In this document: positions 55,901 to 64,000 of the stretch, one piece after another
Layout: each line of letters opens with the position of its first letter
Numbering within the stretch: the first letter of the stretch is position 1
Assembly: GCA_904063045.1 (NCBI GenBank)
Contig: CAJFCJ010000019.1
Coordinates: forward strand, 1,813,700-1,877,699
DNA: 64,000 nt
Reading direction: 5' to 3'
Origin: Dimorphilus gyrociliatus
Taxonomy: Eukaryota > Animalia > Annelida
Notes under the pieces: generated by a model
Seen by the model: the letters and a program-made list of their open reading frames with translations, nothing else
Told to the model about the DNA's origin: nothing
The model's database searches: none
Translations under genes and position numbers: made by a program

Positions 55901-56198
55901 CTTCATCATTACTAGAAAAACTTTCATCGAGCAAATATTCAGGATAGTCATCAATTTTTTTGGAATTAGGACTTTTAGCGGTCAACTGCACTTCTCCCAA
56001 ATCTGCCAAATCGTTAAGTTCAATTTCACTGGACATTTTCTTGACCTTATCAATTTCTTCCAGTAAAACTTCTTCCTTAATCACGTCCAATCCGTTTAGA
56101 TTACGCGTACGAAATGCTCCGTCGATAGAAGCCACTGCTTCTTGAATTGCGTCTCTCTTTCTCGCTAAATCTTTAAAATCTAAACTTTTCTTAGACAT
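54792..56198 (-). mobile_element. Stand-alone BEL/Pao-type retrotransposon gag-like ORF (intact, ~468 aa from ATG 56198), no pol or LTR seen
   Basis: DUF1759-like segment EKLRHLCRHCKGLAYDSI...ALDILRKRFG and two CX2CX4HX4C knuckles (CIFCMSEEHEINTC, CNICYEQGHAGENC); stop without downstream protease/RT. Confidence 0.75.
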
Positions 56199-56757
56199 GT
56201 TCTCGGAGTCTTTCAACGTTAACGGGATTGTGTTCTGTCTAGACAGTTGAACTTTATATTCAAATCTGAGAGTGTGGCTACTATATATATCTTTACTGAG
56301 TACTAATCAACTTTTTATTACATATTAAACAATTTTTAAGAAATACCAGTTTTCTGGAAATATATAGTTATATATTAGGAAAAAGTATCCTCATGGCAAA
56401 CAATTGTCATAAAAAAAATTATGTAGCATATGACAACTGGAGAAAAAATTTGAAACGTTTCATTTGCATAAAAGTAATTTTCTAAGCGCCATTTTGATTT
56501 GAATTTTTGGAAGCAATTCTTCTTATCCAGTGATGCTTTATATATATCTAGATTCTAAATTTTCTTAAAAGCCAACCAGATTTGTCATTCAAGTTGTTTA
56601 TAAAGTATTTCAACAAAAATGTAAAAATTTTTAAAAAGTCGCGATATTGTGTTCACTAGAAGTTCTTTTTTTTTAAAATAAAACTATATCTCTACAATTT
56701 TATCACAGCAAACTATATTTTATGATTAAAGCATGAAACAAACAATGACAAACTTTA

Positions 56758-57405
56758 CTAAATGTTATAACTTTTTAATTTTTTAAAAGTTTTAAATCCA
56801 ATATTTAATATGGTTTTGAAATCCCTTAGGAATTTAACAATAAATACATTCTTTCCTTCACTTCTCAGGCTTCTCATCATTTTTTTCTTTGATACATGTA
56901 TATGAGTAGTATGATAATAATGTTTTTCAAGAGGAATTTGATAGATGAATCTGCATGTACCGTAAATCTTGTTAATCTGCAGCTTATCACTATTTATTAT
57001 AGATCTTCCATCGTGTGTTCGAAAGATATCTTCAAGCTTTCCAATATCTAAATAATTGTTCATTGTTTCTAAAAGTTCCAACAAAGCTAAGCGATCTTTT
57101 GGATTTCCTAAACTTCCTATTGTTTGATGACATAAGTTTCTATTTTTAGTAAAATGAAGATTACAATCATGAGATTTTAAGTCAATAGCTTTAAACAAGA
57201 CGGATATGTAGAAATTAGAAGTTAAGTCTTCAATAATGTTTTTACTTAATTCTCTGAATCTCTTGAAGTTACTTCTTCTCTCGGGAAAAGACATTTCGTA
57301 AGTAGAATCATCGTGTAGGATAGTCCTCTCACACTTCTTGAACTGAATTGAAAAACTAGTTTGAGAGTAGCTGAAAAAGTATAAAAGTAGTATCTTGAAC
57401 AACAT
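56758..57405 (-). CDS. Intronless secreted orphan protein, paralog 1 (215 aa)
   Basis: Signal peptide MLFKILLLYFFSYSQT; four Cys and motifs shared with 58201-58851. Confidence 0.8.
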   Translation of the reverse strand: MLFKILLLYFFSYSQTSFSIQFKKCERTILHDDSTYEMSFPERRSNFKRFRELSKNIIEDLTSNFYISVLFKAIDLKSHDCNLHFTKNRNLCHQTIGSLGNPKDRLALLELLETMNNYLDIGKLEDIFRTHDGRSIINSDKLQINKIYGTCRFIYQIPLEKHYYHTTHIHVSKKKMMRSLRSEGKNVFIVKFLRDFKTILNIGFKTFKKLKSYNI

Positions 57406-58200
57406 CTCGGAAATAATTATTATAATTAAAATTTGCGCCCCTTTTTAAGCGTTTTTTTTTATTAACCATAATTTTATGAGTTTCTAGAAAGGATTTTACT
57501 TATATAATATTGATTGTCTGACAATGTAAGCTTTAGAAGTATAGAAATAGAGACAAGGTAAATTCCACTGGTTTCATCGATTTATTATGTGACGCTTTTT
57601 CCTGAGCTATTTATGTATGAATTGAAAGATTCATGTATACTACAGATTGATTTTTTCTTTTAAAACATTTTTCTACGTAATCTTACTATAAGACAAATTT
57701 AAGTTTATTTTTTATGAAAAGGAACTTGTGTACTCTAATTAAGCAATGTACAACAGTCATTTTTCCTCTATTTCATAGTGGAAAGCTTTGGCATTGGGAA
57801 AAATTATGAATTATCATTTTTCTATTGTCTCTGAAAATTGAATGTATATAACAAATGTTTTTGTTAGGTTGAGGAAGATCCATCTATATATTAGGTAATT
57901 AATAGGAAATTTTAAGCAGTTTCTACCTCTAGATCAAGATATTAATTATGAAAGATACTGGAAACCACGATGAATAATAGTGCAGTATTACAGTTATTGA
58001 ACAATTTGTGTTATGAAGAAGCTTGTATTCGTCATATTCTAATCGCGTTTATTACATAATGACTTACGACTTTGAAGTAACAGTTTATCGCTATAAATAA
58101 ATATCAGATATATTAATAGAGAAATATTTTTTATCGTTTGTTTTTATTAAAAACAATAAATAGTAAAATCAAATATGAAACAAAAAGTTAACTCGTTTAT

Positions 58201-58851
58201 TTACAGTTGACTCAGACTTCTCATTAATTTATTTCCCTTTTTTAGTAAAGTGATTATATCTTCAAAAAATTGTAATAAAAACTGCTGTTTTCCTTCATGC
58301 TTTAGAGTTTCTCTAATTCTTTTTCTGGATACATATACCTTATTATAACCCAAGTATTTCTTCTCCACTGGAATATATGTAAAGAATTGACATAGACCGT
58401 AAACCTTATTGAACAGTATATCTGTCTTATTAATAAGACGTTTTATTAGTGGTCGAAAGAGAGATGAGTGAGCTGCAATATCTAAAAAATTCTGCAATGT
58501 TTGAAAGAATTCAAACATAATATGACGATTTTTTTGAATTTTCAAGTTAATAATTTTAAAAGGGCAAAGTTTCTTGGAGTTTTTAGCAAAATGAAGCTTA
58601 CATTTCCGATGTTTAATAGTTTTCAAACCAGTTCTGTAAAGTAATGTACCATAGGCAGTGGAAGTCATTTCAGTATATATCATATTCTCCATCATTCTAT
58701 ACGTATAGTAATACTTAATTTTCTCAGCCAAATTTACCGTAAATCTAGTATTGGAAGTGAATATAGTTTTAGGACAATGTGATTTCTTAATTAAATGAAA
58801 ACTTCGACATCGAATAAAGCCAATAAATAATATCCATATAAAGTACCACAT
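58201..58851 (-). CDS. Intronless secreted orphan protein, paralog 2 (216 aa)
   Basis: Signal peptide MWYFIWILFIGFIRC; shares C.LHF.KN..LC, NK.YG.C.F..IP.EK.Y, VS.K, EGK..F...F..D with paralog 1. Confidence 0.8.
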   Translation of the reverse strand: MWYFIWILFIGFIRCRSFHLIKKSHCPKTIFTSNTRFTVNLAEKIKYYYTYRMMENMIYTEMTSTAYGTLLYRTGLKTIKHRKCKLHFAKNSKKLCPFKIINLKIQKNRHIMFEFFQTLQNFLDIAAHSSLFRPLIKRLINKTDILFNKVYGLCQFFTYIPVEKKYLGYNKVYVSRKRIRETLKHEGKQQFLLQFFEDIITLLKKGNKLMRSLSQL

Positions 58852-59315
58852 CTACTTAGATTGGTGTATGAGCTATCCAGCTGCTCAAGGTAAGCTTTAT
58901 ATACCCATGTCTTACGGAAATTTACTGTTAATTGGACAATAATCTTAGCAAGGAATCTAAAAATAGCTTCAGCTAATCGAGCCCATTAATACTTGGACAC
59001 AATTGTATGTTTAGTTAAGAGAGATTATTCAGTTAGCTACAATATCGAAAATTTTAAAATAACTATTAATGAAGCAGTAGTACGTATATAATACAGTCGA
59101 TCCCATTGATTGAATTTTCTTCACATTATGCAGAATCAGGAAATTATCTGTTTGCGTAATATATGATTTATATTAACCCAATTCTTAAATAGCCCTATAC
59201 ATTCTAAAAATTAAATTTTCTCCTACAGTATGAATTGAAGAATAAAAAAATTGAATTTTATTGATTCAAACTTGAGATGAAGAACTGGAAAACCATTAGA
59301 AATTGTCACTTACAG

Positions 59316-59317
<2 letters not shown>

Positions 59318-59346
<29 letters not shown>
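59318..59346. repeat. (TA)n microsatellite
   Basis: Seen directly. Confidence 0.9.
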
Positions 59347-59351
<5 letters not shown>

Positions 59352-60365
59352 ATTTACTAATATAAAGTCTGAAGGTGACGGTAATATTAATCAAAACAAT
59401 AAACACTACTTCCGTAAGTGTAACTTGAACGGAGATAACAACTATTTTATAATTGAGCAATAGCTAAATATTATCTTGCAATATGAAATAATTGATATAT
59501 CGATCAATCGACTTGCGGTAAGGTCAAGGATAGCTTAGGAGAAATAGTATTTGGAAGCTATGATTATTGTCAATGAAATATAGTACTAAATCTGATATAC
59601 AAATAATCTTATTCATAATATATAAATATGAAAATATTATTATAGGGCTATAGCCTAATAACGCTGAGTTTTCATAATAATTACAAGTAAGCAAGTTTGC
59701 AAGATAGGCCTGTTTGAAAAGTATTTTTTAATAAAACAAAATCATAGCTAGGTAAGGAAAATTTCTACCTTAACAATAAGTTGCTTAAAACGGGCTTACC
59801 GCAGTGAATTTATGTCTTTTGACTATTCGAGTATTGAAAATAAAAATTTTTGCATACTAAACAATAAACTTAATAGGAAATTAGACGAGTTAATTAATTA
59901 AGAGAAAATAGGCTGAAAAATTGCTTTAAATATAGTTTATATGAAAGAAATTTTTATGATTTACATATTTACTGGAAAAAAGAGCTACTGACGAATTTAC
60001 AATAAATCTGAATTATTTAACTACTACTTTTTTTTATTAATACTTTAAATAAGGAAATCTAGGTCAAAACCCTCCTATTATCTAATGTAAATAGCAACTA
60101 TCATTTAGAATATTTAATTAGTGTCTGTTTTTTATCATCATGAAAGATACAACAGTAGTTCTAAAGTAAGGTCAGTACTCTGTAAGAGTACCTAAGTATC
60201 TTATTATCAATTTATACAACGACATTTCGCAGTCTATATGGACAAGTTAAAGAAATAAAGGTAAATTACTATGTTTCTAGGTAGATTTAACATGTATTCT
60301 CCTAAGTTATTTCATTACTTATTTGCACAATTTATCTTCAATATCATTGGTTTTTATTTAATAGG

Positions 60366-63300
60366 ATGCAAGCCAAAGAAAAACTATCATTTTTCTATTA
60401 TACAAGAGACTTATGGAGGATTTTCAAGGACACAAACACATTTGAACATTTATGCTTAATACTCCTTTCGTCGGGATCTTTAAACGATGCCAGAAGGGAG
60501 GAACTAGTACATCAGCATAGGAAATCTTGCTCTCAAGGAATTGCTATTGAATCACTGATTAATCTTTTAAATAATCAATCTCTATACTATACAGTAGATT
60601 CGCTTAATCGACTGAATGAACATCAATCATTAAGAATTTCAAAAAACTTGAGTAATGTAGACGGCGTTTGGAAAAAGGTAATAGAGGATGTAAAAAATGA
60701 GAGAAAGAAAGACTCATCTCATATACCTCCTCTTCCATTTGGCAATAGTAGGCATGTTAGGTTATCGGATATTGTAACATCTATCGAAGTATCCGAAGTC
60801 GTTAACTCAGATCTGCTCGATACAAATTTGGAATCAACAAACATCGAATACAATAACTTTCATAAGATATTTGAGAAGCCGTTTAACAAAATTCTTGTAC
60901 AAGGTGAACCTGGAATGGGTAAAAGTGTTCAGGTTAGAAATCTCATTCATCTGTGGTCTTTTGACCAATGGCAGACCAGCAAAAATAAATTAGTCATTGT
61001 TATTATTTTAAGAGATGTATTATCGGACGATGACATTTTCGAAACTATAATGAAGCAAAATTTTAAAACAGTCTCATCTATAAGTAAAGATATCATTAGA
61101 CTACTCTTTGAAGAAAAAAGTCAAGAAGTCTTACTGTTTGTGGACGGCGCTGATGAATTCCATTTGAATGACCATCCACTAAATCATATAATAGATAAAC
61201 CAAATTGTCCAGTACCTACTGTAATATGGACTAGAAAATGGAAGGCAAAAGATATCCGAACGACATGTGACATAACTTTTGAGCTTACAGGATTAAATGA
61301 TGAACAGCTGATATCTTTCTTCTCAAAATGTTTTTACGATGATCCTTTCGCAACGATTTTCCTTAATAGTCTTAACGGAAAAAACAAAAGTGTTAGGAAT
61401 CTTTGTAGAGTTCCACTATTAGCGATGATTGTATTTTATGTTTGGAAGGAAAAAGGAGATTTCTTTAGCAAAACCCTATATGAAATCTATGAAAATCTAG
61501 TGAAAATAGTCCAAGAGAAAACGGAAGTGAGAAGATCTAATCTAAAAGATAGAATGAAGGTAATACATAAAATATGCTTTACCAATCTGGCAAAGAGTAA
61601 GATATTACTTTCAACGAACTCTAGTGAAGAGAGAGATATAAAAGAATGTATTAGCGGTCTAGTTCAAATAATACCTCAGAGACATGCAAATTCTGGATTA
61701 ACTGAAATTCAATTCCATCATTTATCAATTCAAGAGTTTTTTGCAGCAAAATATCTTATTGATGAATATCAAAGAGTATTTAGCATAAATCTTTTATTCA
61801 AACCTCTAGACGAACAATTAAATAAACTTAACAATACAAATATCTACAATGTTATGGAGTTTATTAAGCAATGCTCTACAAAGATTTTTAATAAAATACT
61901 ATTAAACTCAAGGAAAATTCAAGCAATGTATAAATGTAGCGATAAACTAAAAGGCTTACTGGAGCAAGGATTGGGCAATGAAAAAACTTTATTATTTGAA
62001 AATGAAAAAGTAAATGACCTAGTTCTATCAATCTTATTTGAGAAAATTGGGATTAATATTGAGGAAGTGACTCTGCAGAAAACTGAAATAGATATAGCGT
62101 TGTTATTGAAAACATTGTCTTCGAGTAGTCCCAATCTTAAGAATATTTATATTAAAGATAGAACTTTGTTAACTTGTTTGTATAAAGATGGCATTCTCTT
62201 AGATAGTTTATTAACTCTACTTAGATTGACCAAACTCTCAAATTTCCATATGGGAAAGACGTGTTTTCAAATAATTAGACACTGCAACAAATCTTCTACA
62301 TCCGCAAAACGAAAGGTGAAAGATTTAGAAATTTCCCATTCTCGCAATAATGGAATAATTATTATTCGAGCTACTTTTGGTTCAGTCTATATGGCAAGCC
62401 TTACTGATAATTGCTCCAATTTTTCATCTTATATAAACTGGGACGTCATTAAGTTTATAAAAAAATGTCCTTATATGAAAACATTAACGTTTAAGAATAA
62501 AATTCTCAGAGAACGCTTTTGTCCTCAATTGTTTGAAGTTCTACAAAATAAAATAAAAATGGAGGTTTTAAGAACAGTTTGTCTAGTAAATACTATAATA
62601 GAGACGCCAAATGAGGAATTTCTGAGCAATTGTTATAGGTATCTTAGACCACCGAAGTATGAGATGAATGAACAGAAACGCAATAAAGAATCTTCTCAAT
62701 TGAATAGTTTTGATGTAACAGTTATGAGGAATGATGAGCTACTATTTGTATTAAATATAGATCAGGATTGCCGGAAAGGTATAAATATTCCTACATGGAA
62801 ATACAATAAGGTGGAGAATATGAGTCATGTTGTAAATGGATGGAGGAGAGATATGATAAAAATGAGAAATTTCAATTTGAAATCATATACAAAGATAAAG
62901 AATATTTCATTTAGTTTGGACGATGATCTCGTATGTTCATTGTTTCAGGATATTCAATCGCTTAACCTAGCTGACTGTTTCATTAATGAGAAAACTGTTC
63001 AATCTCATATATTAGAAAAACTTCCAAAGATTTCAAACTTAATATCTTTAGATCTAAGCACACTGAATTGGTCTCATAGTCTAACAAAACTCATTGTTCA
63101 AGTCTTAAGTAATTCCCCATTTCTTACATCCCTTAAATTAAACGACTGTGGACTAATAGAACGTAAAGCCACACTCTTGGGAGAAAGCTTGGTTCATTGT
63201 TCAAACTTAGAATTACTATCTCTTCAATATAACAATGAGATGAACTGCGGATTAGAGAAAATATTTAAAGGGCTAGAAAATCACACAGACCGTATGAAGC

Positions 63301-64000
63301 ATCTTAATCTAGGAGCTTGTGACTTATCTAGGGATCTAACATCTTTATTAGGTGAATTTATGCAAAAGTGTTGCAATTGTGAATCAATATCCATCGAAGG
63401 AAATCAAACTACAGGAAGTGGATTTCATGATTTATGTAATGGATTAATATATTGCAAGAATATAAAAAGCCTTAATTTCAGTAAATGCTCTCTAAACAAT
63501 GCGCAAGCAATAAGCTTGGGAAAATGCTTAAAAAATCTATCTAATATTGAGAATTTATGTCTTTCCGAAAATAAAAACATGGAATCGGGATTTGGTGATA
63601 TTTGTAATGGTTTAGAAACATCGTCAAATTGTCTAAAACATCTTAATCTCGACTGGTGTAATTTGAGCAGCACTAAAGCCGAAAAATTAGGAAAGAGTTT
63701 AGAGCACTGCTGCTTCTTGGAAACCTTATCTCTTCGTGAAAGCGAAAATATGGGTGATGGATTTACTGAAATTTGTCTTGGGTTGACCAAATCTTCTGAA
63801 TGTCTTAAGAGTATCGATTTAAGTTGGTGTAATTTAAGTGAAAATCAGGCAAAGAAATTAGCTAAATGTTTACAAAAATGCTCACGTTTTGAATCGCTAT
63901 TGGCTGAGGGGAATTCCAAAATGGATTTACAACTTTATGCCGTATTCTCTAGTTTAAAAACATCTTCTGAATCTTTTAAATATCTAAATCTCAACTGGTG
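60366..64000 (+). CDS. NLR (putative death-fold, NACHT, RI-like LRR), partial; no stop inside the window so absent from the ORF track
   Basis: One frame read open from ATG 60366 wherever checked: Walker A GEPGMGKS (~60903), Walker B LLFVDGADE, sensor IWTR, CRVPLL, WH FHHLSIQEFFAAKYL, alternating 28/29-aa LRRs (HLNLDWCNL). Confidence 0.92.
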   Translation, partial: MQAKEKLSFFYYTRDLWRIFKDTNTFEHLCLILLSSGSLNDARREELVHQHRKSCSQGIAIESLINLLNNQSLYYTVDSLNRLNEHQSLRISKNLSNVDGVWKKVIEDVKNERKKDSSHIPPLPFGNSRHVRLSDIVTSIEVSEVVNSDLLDTNLESTNIEYNNFHKIFEKPFNKILVQGEPGMGKSVQVRNLIHLWSFDQWQTSKNKLVIVIILRDVLSDDDIFETIMKQNFKTVSSISKDIIRLLFEEKSQEVLLFVDGADEFHLNDHPLNHIIDKPNCPVPTVIWTRKWKAKDIRTTCDITFELTGLNDEQLISFFSKCFYDDPFATIFLNSLNGKNKSVRNLCRVPLLAMIVFYVWKEKGDFFSKTLYEIYENLVKIVQEKTEVRRSNLKDRMKVIHKICFTNLAKSKILLSTNSSEERDIKECISGLVQIIPQRHANSGLTEIQFHHLSIQEFFAAKYLIDEYQRVFSINLLFKPLDEQLNKLNNTNIYNVMEFIKQCSTKIFNKILLNSRKIQAMYKCSDKLKGLLEQGLGNEKTLLFENEKVNDLVLSILFEKIGINIEEVTLQKTEIDIALLLKTLSSSSPNLKNIYIKDRTLLTCLYKDGILLDSLLTLLRLTKLSNFHMGKTCFQIIRHCNKSSTSAKRKVKDLEISHSRNNGIIIIRATFGSVYMASLTDNCSNFSSYINWDVIKFIKKCPYMKTLTFKNKILRERFCPQLFEVLQNKIKMEVLRTVCLVNTIIETPNEEFLSNCYRYLRPPKYEMNEQKRNKESSQLNSFDVTVMRNDELLFVLNIDQDCRKGINIPTWKYNKVENMSHVVNGWRRDMIKMRNFNLKSYTKIKNISFSLDDDLVCSLFQDIQSLNLADCFINEKTVQSHILEKLPKISNLISLDLSTLNWSHSLTKLIVQVLSNSPFLTSLKLNDCGLIERKATLLGESLVHCSNLELLSLQYNNEMNCGLEKIFKGLENHTDRMKHLNLGACDLSRDLTSLLGEFMQKCCNCESISIEGNQTTGSGFHDLCNGLIYCKNIKSLNFSKCSLNNAQAISLGKCLKNLSNIENLCLSENKNMESGFGDICNGLETSSNCLKHLNLDWCNLSSTKAEKLGKSLEHCCFLETLSLRESENMGDGFTEICLGLTKSSECLKSIDLSWCNLSENQAKKLAKCLQKCSRFESLLAEGNSKMDLQLYAVFSSLKTSSESFKYLNLNW

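Noticed and set aside
56235-56246. 12-bp palindrome CTGTCTAGACAG upstream of gag
   Set aside because: Single short palindrome with no associated terminal repeat

Overview
Eukaryotic (animal) genomic DNA: very AT-rich and gene-dense, with mostly ~55-70 bp GT-AG introns. The compact architecture, ciliary opsin and BEL/Pao-type gag suggest a compact-genome spiralian such as a meiofaunal annelid (inference only). Left part (1-23.4 kb): PNPT1 (partial), FAM78, a U4atac snRNA, DDX5/17, ANAPC13, a micro-exon neuropeptide-like precursor invisible to the ORF track, a claudin-like gene, SOS, MRPL48 and a c-opsin. Middle (24.6-34.5 kb): two divergently transcribed astacin-EGF-CUB-TSP1 paralogs, one with an inserted 3xVWA exon. 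Right part (35-64 kb) looks like an immune island. It holds four macrodomain-PARP genes with five ART domains, all sharing a CxxC-x4/5-C-x2-H insert and four of them H-Y-E; a recent segmental duplication whose PARP copies differ only by amino-acid-changing substitutions; a stand-alone gag plus a truncated copy; two intronless secreted orphan paralogs; and an intronless NLR running off the window end. Exon structures were read by eye; N-termini marked uncertain need RNA evidence.
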